From Perna viridis (Eukaryota): DNA of 64,000 bases. The position numbers and the translations under genes were made by a program. The first letter of the stretch is position 1; the number at the start of each line of letters is the position of its first letter. This document shows, piece after piece, positions 45,343-59,710 of the stretch. Under the pieces are notes generated by a model. The model did no database searches and was not told the origin of the DNA. It saw nothing but the letters and a program-made list of their open reading frames with translations. The DNA lies in contig CM074515.1 of NCBI GenBank assembly GCA_037379345.1, forward strand, positions 3,596,001 to 3,660,000. Reading direction: 5' to 3'.

Positions 45343-48300
45343 TGAAAAGCATTCAAATTTGATGAACTTTATATGAAGGCAAATGCGCATGAAGCATGCT
45401 ATTTATTGCTGAGGTAATCCATCTAACTTTTAATATGATTTTTGCATTTATGACCTACTGTTAAATGGTTTCATTGACTAGTAAGTAAACTTTTAGGTAA
45501 TTGTTGGTATCTACTTACATATATGTGCATAAAAATACTGCTGGTTTGAAAGGGGAGTTAATCCAATTTAAACTTCCAAATACACTCAAAATCCATAGTA
45601 TTGTAACTGAGTGATGCCATTCTAGTTTATTATCCTCTTTATATAGAGCTTTTTTTGTCATAGCCTTGCCAACATTTCTTTTAATTAATCAACAGTATTA
45701 CTGTAAAAAAAAAAACCATTAAAGCTATCAAATATCTTTCATTATTAAACAGTACAGTAGTGTATGTAAGGTACCCTCAGCAAAATTTTTTGGTTGAAAT
45801 ATTATTTACACCCCTGTCTTTTTAGACAGAATACGTTTTGGTGTACTGTTTTCTGTCCATCTGTATTTCACACTCCACACAATGACTCAAAAACACTTCT
45901 ACCGATTTCCATGAAACTTGAGTGAATAGTTTGTTGTAATTGGTGTAAGCTCCCTGAATATCTGGTTTTATATTTTCCGGTTATTGAACTTTATTCATGA
46001 GAAAAAGGGGATTTTTGTTTCTTTGCTCATTCATTCAAAAACCTTCCAGTAATTTATATGAAACTTTAGTCATTTGTCTATTTCTATTGATGTAAGCACT
46101 CTTTTGAGTTGCACAAATTTCAGATCATAGATTTCGAGACATTGGACTATATTCGTAAAAAGTGATGTGAATTCCTATCTATACCTTCCTTATCATGTAC
46201 TTGAATCAATGCATTTTGTGCAGAGGGCCATTTTCCTTCCTTGTTTAATTTTCCTGTATTTACTACTGAGAGTTTTACTTGATAGTTAACTTCAGATTGC
46301 TATGATAGGTGTGACCCAGGAAAAATTCTATTGGTTGGGACAATTGTGTACACTTATTGTTTAGTGCTTATCCTGAATTATTTATTTTACATTTTTTGCC
46401 TTACCTCCAGTTCTGTAGGTGGATTGTCTATACATGTGTGATTTTAAATCATCCCTCTAATTGTGTTTTATACTTTTCTTTATGATATACACTGTTAACT
46501 TTTGGATTTGATGACTTGTAAACATAAGATTTTTTTAAGTTGATTAAATAGATTACATAATCTTTTAATGAAAGTCACACATTTGTTTTTGTTTATGTTT
46601 TGGTATATAAGAATTACTGCATTATGAGTATACATGCAACAAATGTAGAAATGACTGTTTGAACTTGCCAGAAATCAGTTCCAAGGTCTGGTATGTCAGC
46701 CATGTAACTCTTTGTACTTGAAGGCGTTAAGTCAGACATAATTTAGTGAAATAATTATGGGATGTATATTTATAAGTGACTGGTCATGCAGGTTAATGGC
46801 CTTTTACATGTTGTAATATTACATGTACATGTATTAGAGTGTGATTAAACCTTGTCATGATATAAAGTCAGTAGGTTTTATGTTTTTACTGTTTACACAG
46901 GTCACATTCATTGTTATTTTGAAATTTATTTTTGATGTAGAAGATATTTTTTTTCTGGTTCCTAGTTGAAGCTATGATTAATAGATAGAAATAGTACATG
47001 TTCAGATAAGATGTCATAGAAATTTAAGCTACAGTAAAAACAACTTACCCGTTTTTTTGTTTTTTTTTATTACAAAATACCTATGAAGCTGTGTAGTTAT
47101 AATAATGTATATTTGTATCTTATTGTGTCACAGTTTCCTTGTCAGTTGTCTCTGGTACCAGTATTTTCTACCTGTAACAAAGTAGAATTAAATACTCAGT
47201 ATACAGTGTAGTATGTTTCTCCTTATGTCTGAGTTTCCTGTTAAACCCAGATAATTAACTTGTATGTGCAAGTATCTATGCAACATACATTTTTTTAAAG
47301 TGTTTCTTACATGAGTGAGATTTAAGTGCTCTTTCAAACCATCAGCTAAGAGTTCAATGAATCACTGAAATATTTGTTTTTAATATATATTTTTCCTCAG
47401 GCTTCCTTGTAAAGTGTTTAGACTACTTGTATTTTTGTCCCTGATGTCATCATGTTTTGTTATCTGTATTTTTGTTTTGCCATTTGACAGTTAGTAATCC
47501 TGATAAACTGTCATTATAGATTGTTTTGTTTGTTATTTATTGAATAAAAATCTATAATAATCTGTCTATATTTAGAAACTTATTGAAATATAGATAATCA
47601 TAAAATAATTAAGATCTATAGATTGAGATAATTATCAGCTATTGTCCTCTCTGTGGAATCTGGACACTGAATAGACTGTAATTATATATGGTGATTTAAA
47701 CATGGGAAGGGAAGAAGTGAAAGGTGTCAAAGCCAACTAATGAATTATTTATCTGTTAAAATACTTGACATTTTTATAGAAATATTGAATGCTAATTTTG
47801 AGTTGAAACAATTCAATTTATCTAATTAAATTAAATTTTGAGTATGGTTGTATATTTAGAGAGGTTCCGAATCAAATGCAAGTGGTGATAATTTAAAGAT
47901 ATTATTGAAGTTATTTTTTTTAACCAGAAAGAAGTAGAAATTCATTTTTTCTGGTTTGCTACATTTTCTTGTCTCAATATAATGCTTCAGTATTAAGAAG
48001 TAACAGCAATTGTTACTAAAACCCATTGCACAACTTTGCATCCCAGTTGTCTGAGATTGGTACAGTGTCAGGTCTTATTGGAATTTTGTTACAGTTCTTG
48101 GTTCCTTCCTTGTACAAATGAGGCAAACTAAATAGAATTATATGTAGGTCAGAGGAGATAAATAATGTCTCTTTAATGGATACAATATTATTGCCTTATT
48201 TGTAGTGATTGCATTTGCGTATGTTGTTAAGACGGCTGTTAACGTCATTTTTACACAATAAAAATATTGACGTTACTCTACATCCAGATTATATTTATAT

Positions 48301-51300
48301 CCTGTTTGTTTATAGATTCAGGATGCAGTCAGTACATTTAACACAAGACTTCCCCTTCTGCTTTTTATAGACATTAGCAAGGATATTGAACTTTAAGAAT
48401 GTGGCTCACTCTATTTTCCAAAAGCCTTTTCATAAAGAACTGGCAAGTCAATGTTTGTCAGTCTGTTTCATACCCCAGCCCCTATTGATATTTTGTTTGT
48501 TTTTTTTGTAAATATTTTTCATGTAATCTGTTGTGACAGAGCAGTTCTTAGTCCCATTGTCATTGCCAAGACTGATCAGGTGATTTGGTAGTGGCATCAC
48601 TCTACTACATTTGATTGACTTTTTAACATCAGAGTCTAGAATTGTTCACTACTTAGCCAATAAATATGTTAATGAACTAAAACTGGTCAAACATAGGATT
48701 AATTGTAGTTCAAGTTAGAATTCATCATAATGACAGCTCACATCACTGGTTTTCTGTGCAATAACTTCACCAACAACAATAAAACAAAGAAATAAAACTG
48801 CAACAATTTATTGTTATGGTAACACAAATTTCTACATCTCTCTCACAACATCAGTTACATTTACATCATTTCTTACACATTGATTTCTCCTATAAATATT
48901 AAACATTTTGGACAAAGAATTTTCTTCACTGACATTGCCAGCTGTTCACACAGCTCGCCTTAACTTTAAATCAATGTAGTGCAAGTCTTTGAATGAAAGA
49001 ATCAGACAGAAGAACTCAATATTTCAATATGCGTACCATCCAATTGAAGAATAAAAAGAATTTTCTACTTTTGCAAGTGAGAATTTTTAAATAAATGCAT
49101 CAGAAATGATCAATCCAGAGCCAGATATCTATTTTTTTCCAACACTATGGAAATGTCTCCCAATTCCTGAAGAATTGCTGAGATCAAATGACCATCTGAA
49201 GGTTAATAGTTCACTTCTTACAAAGACTTGCACTTCAGCTGGTTTATTATTTATAATACAATGTCTTAGAATTAGCACTTAAAGTTATTAGGATTTACTT
49301 TTATAAACATTTAAACAATAAACAGTACAATTGAGAGAGATAGATGTTTTAGAAAAGAAATTAAGTGCAAGACTAAATGTTTATCTATTAAATAAGAACT
49401 GTTTCAAAATTGTAAATAAATCAAATTAAGAATTTTATGGAAAACATATACGATATACATATGGTATATTTTTTTGTGAACATTTTTTTTTATTTTCATA
49501 TTTTTTAGACCAACAAATTTCAGTATTTTTTTTTGCATTTTTTTAATTCTTTTCATAGAATTTTTGCTCTTTTTTTAATTAAGAAAAAAAGGACACATTA
49601 TTTGTTTTTTTATACATATTTTTGGTGGAATTATCATGCAAAGCAATATTCATTATTAACACATGACTGAAATCAAACATACAATAAATTTGATTATTCC
49701 CCTTGTTCACATAAATTCTCACAGATATTTTCTGACCACATAAATAACTTTTTCTCTCAACTCTTGATCTCACTCTGGAATTAGAAATTTGCACCAAAAA
49801 TAAATAAAGAGATCTTAAAAAACTGTTTCCATACTATAAATTGAAAAAAAGATGCTCTGGTTGTTTTACAGAAATAACTAGATGGCATCTAATTCTTTTT
49901 CATTTCATAGTATGAAAACTGTTTTTGAAAAGGATTCATTTAATAATCGTTCAGAATCCAGACATGACTGGCGTAGTTAGCATATAACATGTTCTAATAG
50001 ACAATTTATTTACAAAAAGACCCGCATTTATTATGGCAGAACTATATTTATTAGCTGTATTTGACTTCATATCATATTATCACAGATATTTTTCTAATTT
50101 ATCAATTATGATGTCTCTTGCATAGATGATTATTTACAAGCATTTCATATTTCATATGAGTATTTATACAGTTGACTTCATATGGTTAGAAAACATGTGG
50201 AAAGAACCAGACAAGTCATTTATTTTACAATGTAATGGAAAAACTGGAAGGTAATATGAAAATGATTCTTTTTAAAATTCTGATTCTGTTTACTCTTCAT
50301 GCAAATTTATTTGAAGCTAAGGGCTTTAAACACCCAACTTTAACTATGTCATAAAAAATTCAGGTGTGAGGCTTAAAGTTGATCTGTAACAATTGAATAT
50401 GTCTTAAATCCTTTTGACAATTTGGTCATTTATACAAAATGATATGAAGCGCAACAATCTATAAGGAATCGACAATGTTTATCAATACTTCAAAAAGACC
50501 TTATTTGACTTCCTGTGTGAAAATTTCGAAAATAATTCAATCAGCCTTTAACTTAAAAGAAATACAAAATATGTATGATTCACACACACGGTTGATCTGT
50601 ACACTACAACTTGCAGAAATTTCAAAATAAATACTTACACATGTATTAGTATCCTTGTATACATGTATTTCATAAGTAACCAGTTACTTGTATAGATATA
50701 AAACTTTCTTAAAATAAATCATTCTATTGTATTGCACACAATTTAAGCATCAAAAATTACCATCCATATTATATTGTTATGATTCTTGTTAATTGTCAGA
50801 AACACTTTTGTTACAAACTAAAATATCATTAAACTAAATCCTAATCTAATGAGATTTATTTATACAAGTACTTGCACCACACCATATTTTTCTCACATTA
50901 ATTACAATCATGATACTAGCATTTGCATTTTAAGAGATAACTCACAGCTTTTATTTCTCCTATGAAAATTACTCCCCAACATCTTGAGCTTAAAAATCTT
51001 ATTGTTCTCACTTAATGCTTATAGTACTGGAAGCACAACTCATTTACATATTACAATATACTTGTAGAGAGCAATGCAATGGTAAACTGATACAAAATGG
51101 AAAAATGCAAGCTTAATATACCTGATAAAATGTTGATGCTATTTTGTTAAAAGGATAAACATCAAATTTTACTAAAAATTACCACAATTGATTAAAACAG
51201 TTGGTATAATAAAACAAATTCTTTTTAACGGAAGTTTTGAATGGACATCAACAAGTTTTAACTTATAAACTGGAATAAAATATTTTAAAACACCTTAAAA

Positions 51301-51336
51301 AACTACAAATAAAACATTTATTGCTATTATCAGTTA

Positions 51337-51950
51337 TTAGTGACTGCTGCCTCTGTTTGATGGGGTATGGATACGTCCTGACTTGTTATAAGGTTTACCA
51401 CCTCCCATCTGATGGTTCAGAGTTCTGTTAAGTCGTTGTAAATTACGGCGAGAAAGTTTTTTACTTTCTGAATGTTTGAGAGACTTTTGAGAACTTTTCA
51501 CAGTACTTATTTGTGCTTCCATGCCAGCTCTAGAAGCTATTGCATTAGGTTTCCTTGGAGCCTGTCTCACCACAGCATGTTTTGCTTGCCTTGGAGGGTT
51601 TTTCCTTGTTGCTGCCATTTCAGAATCATTGGAAGATTCAGATAAGTCACTTGCATCACCTGTGCTCCCAGAGCATCGACTGTTGTAGACGGACATGCTT
51701 GGATGTTCTATTAGTAAATTTTCCATAGGTGACATCTCAATGTTTGTTGGGCTAGTTCCCCCTGCTAGAAAACATGGTGGAGGTGTAATTATCCAACATT
51801 CATTATAACAACCTTTTTTTGAATGTAAACAGAATCGTGAAACAGGTGTTCCCTGAGAACACGGAGAACCATTGTTTGAGCTTCCCTGGTTGTCTGATTC
51901 ACTATCACTACATGTTGGTGTTTGTATTAGTGAAGGTACAGGTGAGCTCT
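51337..51950 (-). CDS. TP53INP2: TP53INP/DOR coding exon 2
   Basis: Acceptor ttgcag; WIITPPPCF and SPMENLLIEHPSMSVY; stop TAA at 51339-51337. Confidence 0.94.
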
Positions 51951-52489
51951 CTGCAAGCAGTTAAATCAAATTTTGTAGTCCAAATTTAAAGTTAAAGAAC
52001 CAAAATCAACCGAAAAATAGAAAACAAACGTAGCAGTTAACATACATGTATGTTTATGTATAACCAGTTTTCTATGTTTTGTCGGTGATGCATGCTTAAA
52101 GTCTAAATTTTCAAAATATATAAATCATTTACTATTAAATTATATTTACACAAAAAAATTTTAATGAACAATGTGTATACAGATGATTTTCTATTATTTT
52201 GTTTTCCAGCAACTGTATCTTTGATTATATATGCACCTTTTAGTTTCCTTCAGTGTGAACATTGATTGTGCTTGAATTCATATTTTTGTTTTATTCTGAT
52301 TCTTACATATCAGTCAAATTTGAAATGCAAAAACAGAATGTACTACATTGTGTGTGAATTACCTGGTACATCCACCATTATCCATTCTTGATCCTCCTCT
52401 GGTGCTGGCTTTGTTTGTAGATCAACCTCATTGTTTGGCTCGGGCTCAGTTGGTCCACCAAATAAAAAGTTTGTAACACTGCTAAGCAT
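51337..52489 (-). CDS. TP53INP2: Tumor protein p53-inducible nuclear protein (TP53INP1/2, DOR family) autophagy adaptor, 246 aa, 2 coding exons
   Basis: Exons 52489-52363 and 51950-51337, in phase. MLSSVTNFLFGG...EEDQEWIMVDV contains the LIR motif W-x-x-V. ECWIITPPPCFLAGG...EMSPMENLLIEHPSMSVY is the DOR-family core; C-terminal KKLSRRNLQRLN. Likely a single co-ortholog of TP53INP1/2, so the symbol is approximate. Confidence 0.93.
52363..52489 (-). CDS. TP53INP2: TP53INP/DOR coding exon 1
   Basis: MLSSVTNFLFGGPTEPEPNNEVDLQTKPAPEEDQEWIMVDVP; acceptor taacag 5 nt upstream of ATG, donor gtaatt. Confidence 0.92.
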
Positions 52490-53252
52490 TTCAACTGTTA
52501 CAAAAAAATATGAATCTTACAATCTCATATATTACAAGTATATAATATAGGTATGAATATATTTATGTAAATATGCTTTCATTACATTCCATTGTGCAAT
52601 GATTTTAAAAGCTTTAGTTTTCATGCTTTGATTCTTATGTATGTACTAAGATGAAAATATTTTCAAAGGAAATTACTTCTTTGATTGATGCGAAAATGAA
52701 ATTAATTTAATTAACACACAAGTTACATTGGTTAAAATAAAGAAATCATGAATATTGATGATGAATAAATTAGTTAATTTTAGTAACACAGAAGTCTGAC
52801 CTTGAGAAGGAAATCAGAGGCTTACATTTTGCCAATTCATCAATAATTTTGAAAATAACCAACCGAATACAATGCTTCTTATATTTTGAACCATGAGATT
52901 TCATTCAAATTGGAAATCAATAACGAACGCGTTACGCCCTTTTAGAGGTATAATCCTTCGTTGTAAACAAAGGATTTTATACTTAAAGCTGGTTAAGTTA
53001 AAAAAAAAATCATCGAATATAAAACACACACTTGAAACTTTCAAGCAAATAATGTCATACATCAATGTAATTTCCAAGTCTTTATAAAAAAATCATTTTG
53101 CTGTAAACTAGTTTTTCATTCGTAAACGATCATAGGATTTGTTGACATATTTTGCTGGAAGCCATTATATATAAAACAAGGTCACAGCTGTCAAAATGAA
53201 AATTTGCTGAAAATGCAAGAAAAATGGGTTCTTGGTATTAATTTTGACTTAC

Positions 53253-53560
53253 CGAATATTTCTTAATAGTAACCAAATTAATCTGCACCTGTTTTGTTCA
53301 AAAAGTTTCCGTTTCTAATCAGCAGGATCTGACCAAAGTTACTGCGTCACCTTCTGCTCAGCTGTTCAATCCAAACACCAGTCACGACGCCTTCACTTGT
53401 TCACAAGGCAGCTGTGTTTACGTTCGCATTCTTGCTTTTGATTGGTCAAATTAATATCATTGTTTCCTTATATGGGATATTATGCATATTCATCTATATA
53501 ATTTAGGACGTATATGGCAACCAATATGCGCGCGCAAAACTTTTATCACGTGCTTGTGTT
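53253..53560 (-). promoter_or_regulatory. TP53INP/DOR non-coding first exon and proximal promoter
   Basis: Donor gtaagt on minus at 53252-53247. Motif cluster: TGACGCA (53349-53343), TGTTTAC (53415-53421), CCAAT (53445-53441 and 53521-53525), CArG CCTTATATGG (53466-53475), TGCGCGCGCA (53527-53536), CACGTG (53547-53552). Confidence 0.6.
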
Positions 53561-54044
53561 TTGATCAATAATTGATTTAAGTCCATAGCTAAGGGCCTAC
53601 GTAAATAGTCGTTTAAAATTATGTGGGATGAAGATGCAGACAGAACAAACACATTAATCCAATAGAAAAATGCTTCTGAGGGAAAGTTTCAATTGCAATA
53701 TTAAACCATTTTGAAAAATATCAGTGGTAATATTAAGAATACCATCAATTGTCACCAAGAAGTTTTGTCGGCCCCTCTCAAGGCTATTTTTATCAAATAT
53801 GCAGAACAGGTGTTACAGGTTAAGAAATATTCTATTTAAAGTTACAAATTGAAAACAACAACAAGAGCCTGTCACAGCAGTGATCATCACATGTCTAATT
53901 CGTGAAATCTAAATTTGTTTGAAATTTATTCGAACTTTAATGGGCCTCGAAGGTATATGGCTATAATCATATGTCAATGGAAAAATATCAGTATAGTTTT
54001 CGAATATCATTCTTTTCTAACTGAAAAGTAGTGAAGTTTTCTTG

Positions 54045-54161
54045 TGGCAAGCCAAAGTGGACAAAAATCAATATTTTTGTAATAATAGAAAATGAAATTA
54101 TAATATTAAAAAATCATTTTTAATATTAGAAAATGCTCTTTTTTGTCCACTTTGGCTTGCC
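54045..54161. repeat. Inverted repeat / small foldback
   Basis: tggcaagccaaagtggacaaaaa ... tttttgtccactttggcttgcca (23-bp perfect arms). Confidence 0.85.
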
Positions 54162-55599
54162 ATTTTTTTCCTGCTATTTTGCATTAATCAGAGGAGGGGG
54201 TCAAAGATCAATCGACCTCAAGACACTTTGATAAGTAATTTAAGTGGTATTTATTGTAGGTATTACAAGTAACTTATTTTAGGTATTATAAGTAACATGT
54301 AAAGATCACATGTATAGAATTTCAAGAATATAAAAAAAGAACTTTTCCGATAAAAGTTGACTATATTTAATCACCGAACAAAAATGCCCATAAAATTGGT
54401 TGCAGACATCGCAGAATATTACAATGAATATCTAAGTATTCTTTACAGAATAACAAAGAAGATAAATACAATCTTCTCGTCGATTCGATCTGCAGTGCAT
54501 GAGCTTTACAAAATGGCCCGTTCATTGGAATAAACATCTTTCTTCCTTATACTCCTAGTCCAAATAATCATGCCGTCTTAATTGGGAGGCTAATTTTTAT
54601 TTTGTTTGGTCGCCTCCCTGAGGCACGTCAGATAACAAAAAACAAAACAAAAAACAAAAAACAAGTAGTATCTTTAAAAAAGAAGATAGCCGAAGCATAT
54701 CCTCGCTTTGTTAATATCCAGTTCTGGTTAAGATTTTATTTGGTGAACTGTGTGATCACTGTCATCACTGTGCTATGTTTCGTATTTCAATTATATTAAT
54801 TATTGGTTCAACAAATAAACTATTTCCAATTATCGCCTCAGCGAAATTCACGATTATCTGGTCTAATATACTCCCTTGAATACAACCCTCAAAAATATGG
54901 CATACTTGTGTTATCTTGGTGGTATAAAAATATTTTCATTTTACATTGTATTTATATTTCCTGTAGAAATTGATGATTTGCCAACTTGAATTATTCCCCT
55001 TTAAATTATTAAAGGATTGCACAATATGTCCAATGCAGGCATAGAAAATCTAGAAATTTCTGTTCGTCGTAAGCCGTAATAATACATATTAATCACATTA
55101 TAAGAGCTTACTGTATATGTTCATTTAGTGTCAAAGGCAATACATGTGCAGCATTTACAGATGTACAGGTACATATAATTTTCTGTTGAATCAGTTTAAT
55201 ATCTCAGCTCTGACATACAGCTGTATAGAGTGAGTTGCATTTTATACAATATACCTAGGGAATAATGTTTAATATTTCATGATTATTTAATACCTGCTTT
55301 ACAGTTTTCTTTTTTAAAGAGAAGAAAGTGAAAATCTAAACATTCTTATAAAAATATATGATTAATTACAGGTCTATGGTAAACTTTTCCCCTATGAGAG
55401 AATCTCCTTTTGACAGTATGGTACATATATATATATATATTAAAGCTTCATATTATAGCACTTATTGGAGAGGTTTCAATCTCTAGCTGTGATATATCAT
55501 GTAAGCAAGGATATGAAATGAAGTACTACAAAAAAGGAGACTGCTAAGTTATATACGTAATTTACTATATTTACACAGGTACCATAGATCAGAGAAAAA

Positions 55600-56060
55600 T
55601 ATTGTCTATGGTGTTGTAAGTAAATTCTTAAGATGAATAATTATTTTAAATTTATCATTATACATTTGTAAAATATCAGTGAGATAATTTTCAAGTTTGA
55701 GAATATTTTTGTATGTTCTATATGTTCTCAGTTTCTTACTGCTTTAAAGTTGTTTTTGTTTCAAACTCACTCTTCATAGATTTTACTGTTTTTGAATGTC
55801 ACATTTTTCAAAGATATATTAAATTGATTTGATTCTTGATTATTAGAGTTAAGTATATTAAATTTCTTAAGAATGTTTTGAGATGAGCTTAACCAGCAGT
55901 TTTGACTATTTTCAACCATTAGTAAATTTTCTGCAAGTGCATGGGATAAAAGGTTATCACCAGTTTTATCCTTTTTATGTCTGGTCCAATATTTTAACAG
56001 AGACGAAACAATGTCAATATTCATTGGATCTACCTTACCCACCATACAAGGCCAATGTGC
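55600..56060 (-). mobile_element. LINE ORF2 C-terminal remnant
   Basis: GRVDPMNIDIVSSLLKYWTR...NCWLSSSQNILKKFN, typical of the post-RT region of RTEX/CR1-group LINEs. Confidence 0.6.
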
Positions 56061-56064
56061 TTGT

Positions 56065-56984
56065 CAAGTAAGCAATTACCATCACTTGGCATCCATTTCG
56101 TTGTTCTCATCTCTTGTTGTACGTCCTCATCGTCTTCTTTAACAATTTTTCAAAACTCTTCTCATCTGACACTACTTGACCAAGTAGATTCCCAAACTTG
56201 GTATGAATGTTCATTGGGGTATCCTGCATAGAACAATGATGGGGAATTTTGATTCATCAAAAAATATGGCTACAATTATAAAGAATAGAACTAAGAGGTC
56301 AGATATAAGTTTTTTGCACATATCTCCCAAAACCATGAAGCCAAATTTTGACAGGGTAAAAGCGTTCAGCAGGTGAGATCCATCTGTTGTTAAAATTTTC
56401 ATTTTAATCAGTTAATCATGTTCAAGTTATTGCCCTTTTTGACATTTTATCCCTAAATTAATGTTATTTCTTTAAAAAATCTTCTCCCCTAAAACTACTA
56501 GACCAATAAGAACCAAACTAAATATGAACATTCCTTAGGGTATTTGTCATAGATCTGATATGGGGATTTTTGATAAAAAAAACCCAAAAAAACACTGTTA
56601 CCAAAAATGGAACAAAGGGGTCAGTCAGAAGTTTTTCTCATATACATGTATCTCCAAAATCATTAGGTGGAGCCAAATTCTTTCAATTGCTGAAATGATC
56701 CTTATTATAAGGCCTACAAAAGTCTGCATGGGATCAAAGTTGTCGGGCAACTCCTTGTTAGAGTTTTTGCCCTTGAAAGGTGAAAAATGATCTTTTTTTT
56801 TTTCTTTTTTTTTTTTACAGTTTTCAGCCAATATCTTGAAAACTATGATAGATAAAAAGAATGATAATTCATACCAAAGTTCTCTTTGAGTCGAATTGTC
56901 AGACAACACCTTGTTAGAGTTATTGCCCATGAAGGGCAAAAATTTAGCCAGGTGAATGATTCAGGCTCTCGGGAGCCACTTGTT
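56065..56984 (+). mobile_element. Helentron-associated non-autonomous element (HINE-like)
   Basis: Homologous to the 42140 copy; ends aggtgaatgattcaggctctcgggagccacttgtt. Confidence 0.75.
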
Positions 56985-57275
56985 AACAGATAAAATGTAT
57001 AGGCATAGTTTTAAGTTGCTCTTTTGTAAACTATTCATAAGTCTTACATGTATCTTTGATTCACTACATAAGAAATTATATTCAATTTGAATCTGTATAA
57101 ATTATGTCTGAAAGTTATACTGTACTTATTTCATTTTTAAATTGAACTCATGCTATAGAAATATACAGTTTGTAATACCAAATAATATTTCTGCTTTTAC
57201 AATATAGTACAGTTGATTTTGATATTACTGTATTCTTTCAGGTAATGGTAATAAGTTTTCTGGCTAGGAAACAAG

Positions 57276-57408
57276 ATGTCTGCTTGCCTGTACCACTCCA
57301 ATAAATGTGGATTTGACAATGTCACACGTGATATACAGAGGTCCAAGATCTTGCCTACCCCTCATTCAAAGAGACTTGCCATGTGTGTTTGCTCTTGTAG
57401 AATGAAAA
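57276..57408 (+). CDS. Candidate upstream coding exon of the uncharacterised gene
   Basis: Exon 57242-57408 is bounded by ttctttcag and gtaagc. ATG 57276 gives MSACLYHSNKCGFDNV...AMCVCSCRMK+A, phase 1, joining in frame to GG at 59711. Could instead be a 5'UTR exon. Confidence 0.4.
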
Positions 57409-58089
57409 GTAAGCATATTTATGGATTTAACACAGAAATAATGTGACATGTATCAGTTTATTCAAGTGTATTAGTACAAGCAAATATAGTAAACACATTT
57501 ACATACAAAACTAATGGTTGGATTTGGAAAGAAGCTAAATAGCTTATACAGAGTTCTGTTTCCTTCAGAGTAAACTTGCAGGAAAATGCTTGTAAGTCAA
57601 ATGCTGTGTAGAATAATTTGTTAACTGACTAGCGAAAAAAAAAATTAATAGAATGAATTAGTGAAGAGATGCAGTACATTAAAGTCAGGCATTTTTTGAT
57701 AATAAACTTCTGAACTTCTACGTAATAGGTACATCAATTGCGGTAGAAAATGTGGTTTCATTTCATAATAGAATTTGATTTATCAGTTTATTTGGATCTG
57801 TTTCATTTGTTTTTTCTTTTAGTTTTATCCTTGTATTCCTTGTATTCAATTTCAATTTCAAATATTTTATTGAATAAACAAAGGGATTGGATAACAGGCT
57901 ATTCCTATGCACTTCCTCTCCCAACATTACAAGATGGAACATAATGTTCAATTTTATATACATATAAAATATCAAGCTATTAACACAATTCGAAAAACAA
58001 AATGTGTGGAGAAGGAATACAACATACGGTATCATTGAAACTCAAGATACTTGTTAAATGTAAGAGAAAGTTGTGCCACTATTATACAA

Positions 58090-58745
58090 GTACATGTAGT
58101 ATTAAGAAATAGAGAATATGTGATTGTTTATTATATTCCATCATTTTTCTGATTATTTAAGATTGGCTAAAATATTTTTTGAAAATATGATAAGAAGGAA
58201 AAAAAACATAAGTTAAAAAAAATAGCCTGGAGAAAGTTCCCTAGTTTTTACAGCCTGGTATCTAAAACCGTGCAAAATTCTTCAGATCTAAAGTCGCTGC
58301 AGTGCACAGTTTGGACAAATCCAAAAATAATGATAGTTGTCTTCTATTTCCTTACCACATTCACACTGCGAGCTCTCATACAGATGTGCTTGAAATAAGT
58401 GATGCATTAGATCATGATAATCATCAGCAGTATTTATCTGGGATATGAAATGTTTCGAAATAAAACTTTGAAGGTACCCAATTAGAGCCTTGTGAACAAG
58501 AATATGCTTCTGTTTCCTATACATATTGTGCAGTGAGTCCCAACTAAAAAGTTCTTTATACAATTTAGATCTAGAGGTTCTTTTGCACATGCCAGATACA
58601 ATTCTAGCTGCTTCATATTGAACAGATCTAGAGGCTCTTCTGCACAATTCTAGCTGCTCCATATAATATTTCCATATTCTAATGTAGGTTGGATAAACCT
58701 GATTTAAAGTTGAGCAAAAATGACTTGTAATTTTTTCCAGGGCCA
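58090..58745 (-). mobile_element. CR1-group LINE 3' fragment
   Basis: SVQYEAARIVSGMCKRTSRSKLYKEL..W..L; HLFQAHLYESSQCECGKEIEDNYHYFWICPN zinc-finger-like end. Confidence 0.8.
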
Positions 58746-59710
58746 ATCAAAAGCAAAAAAAAAAATTTTGTCATCTCTGCATGGCACCTTACACATAATA
58801 GACAGCATGATTTATTTTTTTGTCGTTTTTTTTTTAAAGACAAACTTTTTTTTCCTCTCCGGTGATTAGTCAAATTATTTTTTCCCTCATTTTCCAGAAA
58901 CAAATTTTGTTTCCAAAAAATCCATAGCCCCCCTCCCCCAGAAAATCAAATGGTTGTTGCCTTAGCATTCACAATATATTGAGGAGAGAGAAAGGCTTTT
59001 GAGTACATCTCACCGATGTGATCTTTCTGCAGACCTCTGGCATTATGGCTTGTGACAATTAGTCTCCTCAAGTGGAGTATTGTTCATATGTATGAAGTTG
59101 GACAGTCAATATCAGTGTATTAATGGATAGAAGACAATTATCCATCTATAGGCATGGCCAGTCACTTTTTTGACTTCAGGCCTTTTTCAGCCTTTTACAT
59201 AGTAGCAATAGATTGATACAATGCAGAACATATTTAAAAAAATCTTCATGGTTTGTCTTTGAAAAGTCTGATTCTAATATGATGTCCTATAAACATCAAA
59301 TGATATATTACCTGATACATGGCAATTCAGAATTTCAGATACAGAAATAATCTTTTTTTAATATCAGTATAGAAATAGGTATGGTGTAGGACTGATATAC
59401 ACATGGTTGGCCTTATATTAGTAGTGTATACCTCGCTTACCATGGTATAAAATAACTGATTATAAAGACCCAGCCCATGTGTAAATAAGTACAACAAAAT
59501 ACCCCATGAATGTTTCTTGATCAATTCACCTCATCAAATGTTTTGATGGAAGTCTAAAATTTCTAAGTCAATTTTCCAAAAAGTGAATCTATGTTAGTCA
59601 GTCACAGTAGAATTGGAAAATTGTTGTTAGTATGGACAAAATTTGGGCAAAAAAATGACATATTTGTCTGAAAAATCTCTGGATAGATCTCTGTGTATGT
59701 TTGCTTACAG

